A stretch of 64,000 bases of DNA from a virus (IMGVR_UViG_3300021426_000065:103173-167172); one strand, 5' to 3'. Shown: positions 38,491-50,854, counted from the stretch's first letter. The notes: generated by a model from the sequence alone, not told the origin. Made by a program: numbers and translations.

Positions 38491-39716
38491 TGATTAACTT
38501 TTTAGATACATCGGCTATCCTCTCCGGCGGTTTGGATAGCTTTTTCAATATTTATATAAGTCCAATTGTAATTAGTGAATTAGAAAATATTAAAACAGAT
38601 AAAAATAAAGACGATAATACTAAATTTTTCGCGCGGCAGGCTGTGCGCGAAATTATCCAAAATAATGAATACTCATTTACTTGTTTTGCACAAAAGGATA
38701 TTCTAAAAGAAATTAAAAAATATCCTTTTTTAACAGATATAAACGACCATCGCATTTTAAGCGAAGCTATTTTATTAAGTAAAAAAATGCGGCAACCAGT
38801 CCATTTTATTACTTCTGATGGTGCATTATTTCTATTCGCAAAACAAATTAAGGAAATAACGAGCACTTACTATGTGCCTAAAGATAAAGAATTAACAGAA
38901 CAATATTGCGGTTGGCGTCGCTGCTATCCAGACATGGATACATTAAGTGAAATTTATACAAATCCTAATAATAACGTTTTTAATTGTAAAAACAATGAAT
39001 TTATTATGATATATAATGATAATGATGAATTAAAAGATGTTATGTTTTGGAATGGTACAAAATATAGGCCGCTGGCTTATAAAGAATTTACATCAGTACT
39101 TGGTGAACGCATCAAGCCACGTAATATTGAACAAAAAATGTATATGGACTTATTACAGAATAAAGATGTTCCTATTAAATTATGTCTTGCTAAGTTTGGT
39201 ACAGGCAAAAGTTTCCTTGCATTAAATTATGCACTACATGAAATGCAGACTGGACGTTTTGATAAGATTGTCTTTGTCAAAAATAATCTAGAAGTCAAAG
39301 GCGCGGGAAAATTAGGAACATTACCCGGAGATACGGTTTCCAAATTATATCCTTGGCTAATGCAAATTGAGGATATGATTGGTATTGAAAAATTTGAAGA
39401 ATATTTAGATAATGGACAAATTGAACCAGCGCACTTATCTTCTCTTCGCGGCCGCGACTTAAAGAATTGTTGCATTGTGGTCGATGAAGCGGAGAACTTA
39501 TTAACATCTAATATTCAATTATTACTTGGGCGTGTTGCAGAAGGTAGTGAAATTATTTTCTGCGCAGATGTAAAGCAATGTGATTATTATGATGAAAAAA
39601 TGAGTGGTATCCCAAAGATGATTGAAAGATTGTATGGAAAATCATTATTTGGAATGGTGAAGTTATTAAAGACTGAAAGAAGTAATGTTGCGGCTATGGC
39701 GGATTTGTTAGATTAA
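38490..39716 (+). CDS. PIN-domain PhoH-like ATPase (YlaK-like).
   Basis: N-terminal PIN domain, Walker A GTGKSFLAL, DEAEN. Confidence 0.65.
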   Translation: MINFLDTSAILSGGLDSFFNIYISPIVISELENIKTDKNKDDNTKFFARQAVREIIQNNEYSFTCFAQKDILKEIKKYPFLTDINDHRILSEAILLSKKMRQPVHFITSDGALFLFAKQIKEITSTYYVPKDKELTEQYCGWRRCYPDMDTLSEIYTNPNNNVFNCKNNEFIMIYNDNDELKDVMFWNGTKYRPLAYKEFTSVLGERIKPRNIEQKMYMDLLQNKDVPIKLCLAKFGTGKSFLALNYALHEMQTGRFDKIVFVKNNLEVKGAGKLGTLPGDTVSKLYPWLMQIEDMIGIEKFEEYLDNGQIEPAHLSSLRGRDLKNCCIVVDEAENLLTSNIQLLLGRVAEGSEIIFCADVKQCDYYDEKMSGIPKMIERLYGKSLFGMVKLLKTERSNVAAMADLLD

Positions 39717-39730
39717 GTTGGTGATAAAAA

Positions 39731-42124
39731 ATGGCTAAATCTAAAAAAAAATCAATATCAAATACTTGGGCCCCTACTTTTCCTAGTAGATATATATTTT
39801 TTCAATCTCTTAAAAATGCAAAAGGTTCACTCGGGGGATTAAGTATTCATATGTCAAATGTATTTGGCTCTTTATCAATTAAACAAGAAGAAGAACAAAA
39901 ACGACAATAGTCCTTACAATATATTTCTAATTATATTACAATGCTGACTAAATTAGCAGAAAAGGAACAAAGTCAAGAAAAAAAATATTTACAATCAATT
40001 GCTAGAAATGGATTTGATGAAAATAAATTTAAAAATACTGATGGTAGTTTTAACTATTTAGCTTTTATTAAAGAATTAAATTTGGCTAATAGTAATATTG
40101 AATTTTTACGTAAAACAATTAAAACAAATATTAATAATATACAACAAATTGAATAGGAAATGAAAAAATTTAGTCAACAAGAAGAACGGACATATAAACG
40201 ACTGAAGGTTAATGCTAAAAATAAAGATGATACTATTGATATTGTCACTAATGAAGATGAATATATAAAACATGGCTATGTAGTAGCATATCAAAAATAT
40301 ATTGAAGAAATGTAGAAAAGAGTTAATAGCAGTTATGCAAAAACATTAAATGAATAGTTTACTGCACTAGTAAATAAAGTTATATCTAATATAGCATATA
40401 ATAAAAAAATTTTAACATAGATTACTAATGCCTGCACTAATTTAGGTATTCCTGAATCAGCCTTATTAACTACTATTCAGAACCTATGTGTAGAAGCAGT
40501 AAGATAGGAAGCTTAGAATGTCAAATGGAATTTAAAACAAATTAATGTTAAACAATTAATAAATAATCTTAATGGTACTGCGCAATTAGATTAGTTAATA
40601 GAACGCGCAGCGAATAGTATGGCCAATAAAGTTATGGATTCATAGAATAGTGTAATTCAGCAAATTTTAGATAATAGCTTAAAAGACGGTCGAGGCATTG
40701 CTAAACGTTTAGAAGAGACTCCAGAATCCTTAGATGAGTTACTCAATACAATCGGAGCGAATCAAACAGAAAAAAAATAGATTAAAAAACTTTTTTCTAA
40801 CGATCAAAAAGCCCTAAAAAATAAAAATAATAAAAAAACGAATGGCGCGATTGAACGAGCAGAATTAAAATTAACTTAGACTCGTCATCAATTGACAAAA
40901 GAGATAAATAGAATTATTAAAAAAATAGATAATAAAACATATTCTAAAAAAGAAGAGCGTGAAATAGCAGTTAATAAAATTATTTCTACATATATTTCAT
41001 CTTCAACTCCGGCTACAGTATAGCAGGCATTAATTAATTCACTTTCTTCAAGACTCAAGGTAACAAATTTATCAGATAATTCCGCGGCAGAAATACTAAG
41101 TAGCCCTGAATTTCATAATTTTCTACAAAATCATATTACAGATATATTTATTCCAGGAAAATCTATTCAATATAAACATGATTTAGCTTTTGGAGTATCT
41201 TTATAGCCACTAGAAGATACATAGTTATTAAAATATTTTACTAATATGCCATATTGGATAGAAACATACGCAGAAGAACGAGGAAGACTATTCTTAGAAG
41301 CTTATAAAGCAACTGCTGGTGGAGCAACTAGTGTATCACTCGCAGCAGAAGCCTATCGTAATGTTTTGTCAGCAAGTTTAGCGTCAAAAAAAGCTATGTT
41401 GGTCCAAGCAGATGAGAATTTACACGATAAAATTGAAGAATATTTTTCTGGACAATTAGATGGCGCAATTTCTGTTAAAGAATACAAATTCTATGATAAT
41501 AATCAAGGATTTCACGCGGGTTCATTGGGTGGAAGCGGAAAAGTAGTAGATGCTATTCCGTAGATTGCTTAGATGTTAGAATTAGGCGGAATCACATTAC
41601 CAGATACTGAATTAATAATTGATGCCTTATTAAACTGTTTTAGTGAATCTTTAATTGGCGATACTGGCCTTTTAGATGATTTAAAAAGTTTATTAATAGG
41701 TGGAGCAGCAATGATGCTTTTTGATGATGGCTTTGCCAACTGTGAAAATTTTATTAATAGATTAGTAAGTGAATTTCAACTTTCTAACGCTAAAGAACTT
41801 CCTACCGGTGGTAGTGTTCATATATTATATTTAAATAATATTTATATGCCACAATCTTATATATTATTCAACGTTATTGATCAGTTAAAAAAAATTCAGG
41901 CCGATTTAAATGGAGATGTTTTTGAGCCCTCCGAAGCCCAAAATAGTTTATACTTAAACAATCCAATGTCGGAAAGCATGTTAAAAGAAGTAGAAAATTT
42001 ACCCACTCCTGCAGAGCGATGGAATGCAATTTCTAGTTATGCACAAGAAAATGTTACAATTCATTTTCTTTTTATGGCAGGAATGCTCGATATTCTCCAA
42101 AGTTTAGAAAATTTAGGTATATAA
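39731..42124 (+). CDS. Protein of about 797 aa that is extremely TAG-rich (about 27 TAG codons), probably a virion or internal protein.
   Basis: Track ORFs 39941.., 41246.. and 41573.. share the frame of ATG 39731. Only TAG interrupts the frame. TAA stop and terminator. Confidence 0.5.
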
Positions 42125-42127
42125 TTA

Positions 42128-42157
42128 ATGAGGCACAATTTGTGCCTCACTTTTTTT
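42128..42157 (+). terminator. Rho-independent terminator.
   Basis: Stem tgaggcaca-att-tgtgcctca followed by T7. Confidence 0.6.
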
Positions 42158-42375
42158 ATTTGACTTTTTCCAAAATCTATGTTATAATAAAGAAAAAGTT
42201 AGGAGGAAAAATATGTCCGAACATACAATTTATGATGAGATGATAGATGAATATTTCAATCGTCATCCTGATGCTGGATTAGCATGGTGGATGTTACCAT
42301 TAGAGCAACAGCCAGAAGGATTTAAACAAGAAATGTATGATATTCTTTGGGATTTGACACATAAGGAGAATAAAA

Positions 42376-43041
42376 ATGAATAAAGAACCACTTGGATACT
42401 TAGGCGGCGATATTATGACACATGGCTCTAATCTCGCACGCCAAGAAGAATATGATAAATTCAAAGCCGCGGGAATACCAGGTGAAGTATATAGCCCGGT
42501 TTAGAATAAATCCATTAATGATAAGTCTAGTATGACAGAAGAAGAAAATAATCACTTGGCGGAAAAAATCTGCGAAGCGGATATTGAACGTCTTTGGAAT
42601 AGTGATTATACTGTTTTATGTCCAGAGCAGAGCGCCATTGGTACTATGTGTGAGATGGGCGTATTGTATGGATGGAAATATATGGCAGATAAATTGCTCG
42701 ATTTAGAAGAAGCTTTTATAGAAGAACATCGCCAAGAATTTGATGAAGGAAATAAAGAGCATTGTCTAGAATTAGTTAATGAAATGCACAATAAAGTATG
42801 GGAAGAAATTTATCGTATTCTTACCAAAAAAAATTATGCTCATTATTTTGATATTCGCACAAACCATCTTAATGAAAAAGATTGGCGTCGTAGCTTTTCC
42901 ATTAATTAGATGTTATATGGCATGATTTTATATGCAACAGCAGACCATACTTTACATAATTCATTTGATGAAATACTACCAATTCTTCAAAAACAATATA
43001 GCGTTAAAAACAATGAAGAATTAAATTCAGAATGGAGATAA
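42376..43041 (+). CDS. Nucleoside 2-deoxyribosyltransferase-like protein with 2 in-frame TAG codons.
   Basis: Motif LGYLGGDI..HG. Track ORF 42532..42909 extended in frame. Confidence 0.4.
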
Positions 43042-43220
43042 TATGAGAGACTCACATCGTATTAACAAAATTTGTGATATGCTAGCCGCGGCTTGGAGCA
43101 ATGTCCCAGATTGGCGGCTGGCTCAACTTATGTCTAATATTTTTGCAACAAAAGATTGTTTCTATATGGAAGATAAAGAATTTATTGAATATATTGAAAA
43201 ATATATTGAAGGAGTAAAAA

Positions 43221-44507
43221 ATGGAAAGTAATATGTTATATAATATTAATGATAAACTACCAATAAAACGCTTAATTGTGGCGGCATTACAGCAAGTTGT
43301 TGCTTGCTTTGTCGCAACAATTCTTATTCCTCAAATTTGCGGCCTACCTATCGCGCCCGCAATGCTTGGCGCCTGTATTGGCACTCTTATCTATCAGCTA
43401 TGTACACGTGGTCAAAGCCCCATGTTTATTAGTTCTTCTGGCGCATTTGTTGCCGCGGTAATTGGCGGACTTGCATTAGGCGCGACTCCAAATTATACCG
43501 CAGTAGCAATTGGCGGCGCCATTGTATGTATTGTTTATTGCGCTATTGGTGCAATTATCAATAAATGCGGCACCAATTGGATGAATAAAGTTTTGCCGCC
43601 CGTTGTTATTGGCCCAATCGTTGCAGTTATTGGTCTAAATCTTGCTACATTTATTCCAACTTACTTCCAAATTAATGGTGAATATAGTTTACTTGGCGTT
43701 GGACTTGGTATGCTAACATTAGCAATTACCGCGTTAATTTCGCACTATGGTAAGGGATTTATTAAAAATCTACCATTCCTATTTTCTATTTTAATTGTAT
43801 ATGCTTTCGCCGCGGTATTAACTGCTTGTGGCGTACCAATTATTGATTTCTCCGTATTTAATAATGTAAAGCTAATTCAAATCCCCGATTTTGCTTTTAT
43901 GCATTTTGCCGCGTTTGATTGGACACTACTACCCCAGATTCTAATGTTATTCTTACCACTATCATTAGTTACAATCGCGGAACACACCAGTGACCATAAG
44001 GCTTTAAGCGCTGTTATTGGCATAGACCTAACGCAGAATCCTGGACTTGGCAAGACTCTAATTGGCGATGGTATTGCTACCGCAGCCGGGTGTGTTATTG
44101 GCGGACTACCCAATACAAGCTATGGCGAAAGTGTTGGAACCACTGGTTTTAGCAAGATTTGCTCTCGCTATGTAATTAGTCTCGCCGCCGTTATTATGGG
44201 CGTTGCTGCATTCTTTGGACCACTTCAAGCCTTCTTAGTAAGTATTCCAAGCTCAATTTTCGGCGGCTGTGCCGCGGTTCTTTATGGATATATTACTTTG
44301 TCCGGTATTCGTACCATTAAGGATAATAATATTGACCTAAATAATAATAAGAATGTCACAATCATTGCTTCTGTTTTAACTCTTGGCGTTTCCGGTGCGG
44401 TTTGTAATTTTGGTATTGTAAGCATTGGAACCACTGCACTTGCAATGCTTGTTGGTATTATTTTAAATCTTATTTTAAAGGAGAAAAAAGATGAGAAACT
44501 TTCTTGA
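43221..44507 (+). CDS. NCS2-family nucleobase permease, copy 1.
   Basis: Twelve or more transmembrane helices, Gly-rich NCS2 motifs, EHTSDHKA. Confidence 0.6.
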   Translation: MESNMLYNINDKLPIKRLIVAALQQVVACFVATILIPQICGLPIAPAMLGACIGTLIYQLCTRGQSPMFISSSGAFVAAVIGGLALGATPNYTAVAIGGAIVCIVYCAIGAIINKCGTNWMNKVLPPVVIGPIVAVIGLNLATFIPTYFQINGEYSLLGVGLGMLTLAITALISHYGKGFIKNLPFLFSILIVYAFAAVLTACGVPIIDFSVFNNVKLIQIPDFAFMHFAAFDWTLLPQILMLFLPLSLVTIAEHTSDHKALSAVIGIDLTQNPGLGKTLIGDGIATAAGCVIGGLPNTSYGESVGTTGFSKICSRYVISLAAVIMGVAAFFGPLQAFLVSIPSSIFGGCAAVLYGYITLSGIRTIKDNNIDLNNNKNVTIIASVLTLGVSGAVCNFGIVSIGTTALAMLVGIILNLILKEKKDEKLS

Positions 44508-45798
44508 TTCACATTTCCATATTACCGAGCGCGGTTCAACTATTGGCCGCGAAGTAATTGGTGGACTCGTTACCTTCCTTACGATGGCATACATTCTAGT
44601 TGTTAATCCATCTATTCTTGGAGCAACTGGTATGGATTATACTGCACTGGTAGTTGCAACAGCACTAGCTTCTGCAATTGGCACGCTATTAACCGGCTTT
44701 ATTGCCAACGCGCCAATTGGACAAAGCACCGGATTGGGCGTTAATGCGTTTTTCGCTTATACGCTATGTTTAAAAATGGGCTATACTTGGCAGCAATGCC
44801 TTGGTATTACATTTATTAGCGGCCTTGTATTCCTTGGCATTATGCTTTCGCCACTTCGTAACAAAATCATTGATGTTATTCCAGCCGCGCTAAAACGCGC
44901 AATTAGTGTTGGTATCGGCTTATTTGTTACTTTAATTGCTTTCTTTAATGCCGGTATTATTCAGACTGCCAATGGCATCCTAGACCTTGGTCTAATTACT
45001 TCTGGTCCTGGTCTGCTAGCTATTATCGGTCTAGCAATTACAGCACTACTAATGATTTTCAAAGTAAAAGGCGCAATTCTTATCGGTATTATCGCCGCGA
45101 CACTAATTGGTATTCCAATGGGAGTAACAAATGTTAATATTACTTCTCTTGCCAGTATAAGTGTAGCGCCAGTATTCTTTAAACTATCTTTTACTGGTTT
45201 ACTATCTGCTGGTGTTGTGCCGCTACTTACTTCTATTTTTACACTTGCAATTATTGATACTTTCGATTCTGTCGGTACACTTACCGCAACACTTGCTGAA
45301 TGTGATATGATTGATGAGAACGGTGAAGTCAAAGATAAGACTATGACAAAAGCATTAATTGCTGACGCGGCGGCAACCTGCACTGGCGCACTTACGGGCG
45401 TTAGCACTATCACAAGTTTCGTAGAATCCAGCGCCGGTATAGCAGCGGGAGCACGCACAGGACTAGCCTCAATCGTAACTGGTATTTTATTCTTACTTTC
45501 TTGCGTGCTTGCTCCATTCGCTGGTGTCGTTCCATCAGCAGCAACAGCCGCGGCATTAATTATCGTTGGCATTCTAATGTTTAAGAATGTAAAATACATT
45601 GATTGGACAGATTTAGAAATTGCCATTCCAGCATTTCTAACAATTGTCGCAATGCCTTTTACATATTCAATTTCTAATGGGCTTGGATTTGGATTTATTT
45701 CTTATGTATTAATTAAAATGGTACGTGGAAAGTTTAAAGAAATCCATCCGCTTATGTATGTTCTCGCGGCATTATTCGTATTAATGTTTATTCTATAA
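44491..45798 (+). CDS. NCS2-family nucleobase permease, copy 2.
   Basis: Polytopic membrane protein, paralogue of the upstream gene. Confidence 0.6.
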   Translation: MRNFLDSHFHITERGSTIGREVIGGLVTFLTMAYILVVNPSILGATGMDYTALVVATALASAIGTLLTGFIANAPIGQSTGLGVNAFFAYTLCLKMGYTWQQCLGITFISGLVFLGIMLSPLRNKIIDVIPAALKRAISVGIGLFVTLIAFFNAGIIQTANGILDLGLITSGPGLLAIIGLAITALLMIFKVKGAILIGIIAATLIGIPMGVTNVNITSLASISVAPVFFKLSFTGLLSAGVVPLLTSIFTLAIIDTFDSVGTLTATLAECDMIDENGEVKDKTMTKALIADAAATCTGALTGVSTITSFVESSAGIAAGARTGLASIVTGILFLLSCVLAPFAGVVPSAATAAALIIVGILMFKNVKYIDWTDLEIAIPAFLTIVAMPFTYSISNGLGFGFISYVLIKMVRGKFKEIHPLMYVLAALFVLMFIL

Positions 45799-45909
45799 TT
45801 GATTAAAAATAAAATTTATGTTATAATTTAATAGAAATGAAATGAAGAAATATTACCTATCTTATGATAGGAATATTTCTTTTTACTAGGGAGGTGCCAA
45901 AAACGTCAA

Positions 45910-46095
45910 ATGATACAAGAAATTATTAACAAATACTATGATTTTATTAAACAAAAAGGATGGACTTATCAGCTCGCGGCGGAAAAAATAGAATGTAGCC
46001 GCACACATCTAGGTCGTATTTTTAATGGGTTGCGAGTGCCATCTATGACCTTATTAATGAGAATGGAAGAGGTTATGAAGAATGACAGAGATTAA
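45910..46095 (+). CDS. Small HTH (XRE-like) regulator.
   Basis: QLAAEKIECSRTHLGRIFNG. Confidence 0.5.
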   Translation: MIQEIINKYYDFIKQKGWTYQLAAEKIECSRTHLGRIFNGLRVPSMTLLMRMEEVMKNDRD

Positions 46096-46287
46096 AACCT
46101 ATAAAATTTATACTCGTTGGCTAGCATTTGCATTACGCAAGCAAGGCTTTAAAATTATTAGCACGGATATAAATGAATATCATCCACAATTTGATGTCTG
46201 GCTATTTGAAGATAGCCCAGAATTGCAGGCCGCAATATCTAAGCTCAGTAAGAATCATAAGCAAAGCGGCTGAGGAGGAACCAAAGT

Positions 46288-46665
46288 ATGCCAAATTATA
46301 TGAACCAATTACGTCTAAATCTTACAGAATTAGATAAAATAACACATAAAGAAGGAAACCGTTTTATTCAACCTATTGATTTTAAATGGGAAGCCGCGGC
46401 GATGCGCAACTTAAACGGAAATGCTTATAAAATCTGGCGTTATCTTTTACGCTGGTATGGCAAAGATTATTTCTACTTTTCTCCCGCGGCAATAAGAAAA
46501 GAATTAGGACTTGGAGAGAATGGTGCCACATCCGCGCGAAAAGAACTTGAAGCCAAAGGATATATTACACCAGTAGAGGGAAAAGAAAATGTATATACTT
46601 TTACTCCTGTGCTGCCAGTGGATTATGAAAATTTAAAAAATAAAAAAGATTTAACTGATGGATAA
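46288..46665 (+). CDS. Winged-helix replication-initiator-like protein.
   Basis: HTH segment AAIRKELGLGENGATSARKELEAKGYI, next to iterons. Confidence 0.5.
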   Translation: MPNYMNQLRLNLTELDKITHKEGNRFIQPIDFKWEAAAMRNLNGNAYKIWRYLLRWYGKDYFYFSPAAIRKELGLGENGATSARKELEAKGYITPVEGKENVYTFTPVLPVDYENLKNKKDLTDG

Positions 46666-46666
46666 C

Positions 46667-46850
46667 CACGAAAATCGTGGCATTCATTGCATCAAAAATC
46701 GTGGCATTCATCCACGAAAATCGTGGAAGGTATACACGAAAATCGTGGCATTGCCACGAAAATCGTGGATATGTCCACGAAAATCGTATGAGTAATATAA
46801 ATATAATATAAATATAAATAAAAATATTAAATAAAAACAATAAATAAAAA
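46667..46850 (+). repeat. Iteron array (CACGAAAATCGTGG, 5-6 copies) followed by a more than 90% AT stretch, a putative replication origin.
   Basis: Direct 14-bp repeats at 46667, 46713, 46735, 46754 and 46776, with a variant at 46695. Then the AT-rich tract ATATAAATATAAATAAAAAT. Confidence 0.6.
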
Positions 46851-49582
46851 TATGGTCGCCGCGCGACTTAAAAGGAGAAATTTTATGAATACAGATGATG
46901 AATTTTTAGAAGAACAGACAAAAGAACAAATTATTATCTTTCTTCACAATACTGAATATGAATTAGAAAGTTTACGTAAACGTATGGAAAAATTAACTGG
47001 CTGCCGTGAATTTGGTGCTATGGATAGTATGAACGGTAATTGTATAGAATGTTTTTATGATGATAAAAAACTTTTTGAAAAATGTGAAAAATTTAAACTT
47101 GACAAAAAATAAAATTTAGTGTATAATAAAGAAAAAGAAGAAAGGAAGTATGATTATGGGAATGGATTTGTATATCTTTAAAGCGCGAACTCGTAAGGTT
47201 TTTGAAACAGATAATTGGTATAATTCTGATGCAGTAACAGAAGTGCTTTATGCACGTAAATGGTGGAGCCTTGTAGAGCATTGCTCATTTATTCCAGAAG
47301 ATTACGAAAGCGGCGATTATATTGAACTCACTTATGATAATATTGAAGAAATGATTAAAGTTGCCTGTGAATATCCAGATTATTGGGATGATTATACTAA
47401 TGTTCCTATTCTTTGTCGTATGCGTGATTCTTTTCAAGAAATTACCGAAGAGGGCTACCATTACTACCTTGAATATGATTGGTGATTAATATGAATTTAA
47501 AGACAATACAAGAATATTTTCCTATGGAAAAAACTTTAATTGGTTTCTATTCTACTGACCAAAGTTTTGAAGCGCATTGCTTTGAGGATGTAAAAAATAT
47601 TGATAGATGGCCGTTCCCACCGCTAGATTGGGCAACAGGATGTTATCCTTTTATTTATTATAACAAAGAACGGGATGAGTTTGAATGCTGGATGTTTGCC
47701 GCGTGGCCAGTACAAGGATACTATACTGATGATGTTTATGGTGAAGACTACCAGTTAATCACTAATGAGCCTGATTTTGGTATAGAAATTGTTGACCCAT
47801 TTGACCATGATGAATACCATATTGTTTTTAAGCCCTATGCCGAAGATGATTATGAAGAAAAAATTCTTCAATTATATGCTGATAATGAATATCGCCAGCA
47901 AATAGAACTTGCGGCTTATAGATGGAATCCAGAAGCATATATGGATGGAAAAATTATGACTACTTATGACGCGGTTAAAAATTTTTGTGCAAATATGGAA
48001 GAGAGTAAGGCATGAGAAAACTTTATTATAAATTAAAATTTATGCTTTTTAAATTAAAATTTAAAATACAGAAAAAATTTTATACAGTATCGCCGCGTGG
48101 CGAGTATATGATTAAATATCTTATAGATAGATATATAAATTGTACTGCACTGGAAGATAATGAAATTTATGAATCGTCTCTGCGTCCATATGTAGAAAAA
48201 CACGCAAATAAAATTTCAAATGAATTATTTAAAAATGTTCCAGAAGTATTAATAGATGATTTAAAACAATACCATTGTATCTTTGCTTATTTATGTTCAT
48301 TGCTATTATTTTCTAAAGATAAACGAGAGTGGCTAGATTATATTAATAATGAAAAAATACGCGCATTAGTTGCAGAAACAATAGGAGATTAATTATGAAA
48401 ACAGTAATTCGCAGCCGTGATAGCGGCAAAGCAAAAGAACTACTACAATACGCGCGCGATAATAATGCTTTTGTAGTTAGTCAAAACAAACGCGCGCTTC
48501 AAGTAAAAGCAAAGGCATTAGGATATGATGACGTAATGATTATAGATTATGAAGATTTGTCTAATGAAATATTTGAAGGTAATATTGTAATTCATAATGT
48601 AGATAAATGGTTAAAAGAAATTTTTTATAATACTTATGGTCTTAATGTAATCGGTTTTAGCGCGACAGAGGAATAATATGAGAACAATAATAGATTTTAA
48701 TACTCATGAAAATTTTCAAGTATGTAATAGCGCAGACGAATTAAATAAAATTATTACTGACACTATCACCTATTATCAAGATATAGCAAAGCGCGCCGAA
48801 GATAAAGCCGCGAAAACAAGAGAACAAGTCGCGGCCGAAATACATAATGAGTTTGAAGAAGAAAATAAATCCTTGCGGGCACGGTTACATTTTTCTTATG
48901 GTAGCTTTCATACTGAAAAAGAATTAAATAAATGGAAAGATTTTTGTGAGCGCCATCAAGATTGTTGGGATGGCAGCAAAATTAGCTCTGGTCGTGCATT
49001 TTATATTAAACCATACAATACTGGATTTAGTACTGGTTATGTCGCAGTTTGTCCGTATTGCGGAGTAGAAGAAGATATAAGTGATACAAGTTGGTGGTAA
49101 TTTATGAAGAAAGAACTATTAAAACAATTAGAATCACTACGTATTGACGTAGATACAGAAACTCAGTATTGTGACCCGACTGGTGAGCTTCGTGCGCGAT
49201 ATGAAAAAGCCAATGAAATGCTAGATGAATGTATTTCAATAGTTGATAAACATGTGGTTGACAATTATAATTATTATGAAGATGAAAAATCACGAATCTA
49301 TGATTATTGTCGCGAAAACAATCTTTCACTAACAGATGAAGACTTAGCGGATACATTATGGGACGTTGATTATATCACAGGCAATCAAACTGGATATGAT
49401 ACAGAAGAAAATTGTCAGATTTATGTTGGACAAAATTTAGACTTAGCCAAAGAAGCATTAGACTCATTTGGCACAAGTTTTAAAGATATTCCAGAAGATA
49501 ATCCCGCAACTTATATAGACGCTACTATTCGTTGTTATTTACTACAAGAGTTGATCTGGGAATTACAGGAGGAAAATACTTG

Positions 49583-49981
49583 ATGAAAAATAAATTGATT
49601 CCTATTATAACCATAGTCTTTTTACTACTATTTACATCTCTTTCTATTGGAGAAGAGCAAGAAATTTCTAATGTTATTAAACCCGACCCATCCATTGAAT
49701 TAATTACACCAACTCCCGCCCCAACGCCAGAGCCTACTCCAATACCTAAAAGAGTAACAATCGCTACAAATCGTAAATCAGTAATGGAAGAGGGTGCGAC
49801 AGTTACACTAACTAGTAAACTAGAAGGATTTGAAGACTGTGAAGAAATCCATTATCAGTGGCAACGAGACCGCGGTAATGGTTTTGAGGATATGCCAGGT
49901 GCTACATCCAGTACATATAGTTTCCCAGCAACCGCAGAATCACTTTGCTGGGGATGGCGTTTAATTGTTTATTATAGATAA
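49583..49981 (+). CDS. Secreted or anchored Pro/Thr-rich protein.
   Basis: Signal-peptide-like N terminus, PTPAPTPEPTP linker. Confidence 0.45.
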   Translation: MKNKLIPIITIVFLLLFTSLSIGEEQEISNVIKPDPSIELITPTPAPTPEPTPIPKRVTIATNRKSVMEEGATVTLTSKLEGFEDCEEIHYQWQRDRGNGFEDMPGATSSTYSFPATAESLCWGWRLIVYYR

Positions 49982-49995
49982 AGAAAGGAAAGAAA

Positions 49996-50445
49996 ATGAA
50001 AATTTATTTAGCGGGTCCTTGCGATAGCGAAAATCGTAGTCTAATGGTCGCGGCGGCAAAAATTCTTCGTAAGTATGGGTTAGAAATTTATTGCCCGTTT
50101 GAGCTTAAAATTGAAAATGCTTGGGATTACCCGCAGGAAGAATGGGCACAGAAAGTGTTTGAGAAAGATGTAGAAGCTATTAACAAATGTGATTGTATGC
50201 TTTATATTAGTCGCGGCCGCATGTCTTCTGCTGGAAGTAACTGGGAACAGGGTTATGCTTATGCACTAAAAAAGCGTATCGTAGTGCTTCAAATTGAAGA
50301 TGTACCTACATCGCTTATGACATTCTGTGGCTGTGATTTGTTCTTTAATATTGATGATATTAATGAGTTGCCGTTAGTAATTAAAATTATTGAAGATAAT
50401 GATTATGACAATTATATTAAAAGTTGTTCTACTATTTTGACATAA
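49996..50445 (+). CDS. Nucleoside 2-deoxyribosyltransferase-family protein.
   Basis: MKIYLAGP...E motif. Confidence 0.55.
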   Translation: MKIYLAGPCDSENRSLMVAAAKILRKYGLEIYCPFELKIENAWDYPQEEWAQKVFEKDVEAINKCDCMLYISRGRMSSAGSNWEQGYAYALKKRIVVLQIEDVPTSLMTFCGCDLFFNIDDINELPLVIKIIEDNDYDNYIKSCSTILT

Positions 50446-50854
50446 GGGTAAATAATATGGAAATAGAAATTAAATATAAATTGCCAACAGTGACAGAAGA
50501 AGATTCAAACCTTAACGCGCTTATATTATATGAATTAAATTCTGCTTTTGATAGTGAAAAATATCCGCCTCTTCAACCAACTGATATTTATACTATGACA
50601 GTAATAAAAACTATACGAAAAATAATAGCTGAACGACTATTAATTAAACGATTGGAAATTGAAAATCAAATTAATGAGGCACTTGAAGCTGCGCATAAAA
50701 TGTATCCACAATATACTATTGATGAATTAAAAGAAAAAATTGGTGGAATTAATATAAAATTTGTTGAAGAAAATAAGTCAACTGATTAAATAGTTGACTT
50801 TATATCAAAATTATGATATAATAAATTATAAAGAAAAGAAAGGGAGATTAAGTA

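Noticed and set aside
378-45626. Minus-strand ORFs (378..683, 2781..3008, 28271..28492, 30653..31006, 31930..32268, 44961..45626 and others)
   Set aside because: All are embedded antisense within long + strand genes with strong homology or TAG-continuous frames. There are no promoter or Shine-Dalgarno signals.
46667-46790. CRISPR-like array
   Set aside because: The repeats are 14 bp, the spacers are 4-10 bp, and there is no cas context. They sit next to an initiator-like gene and an AT-rich tract, so they are iterons.
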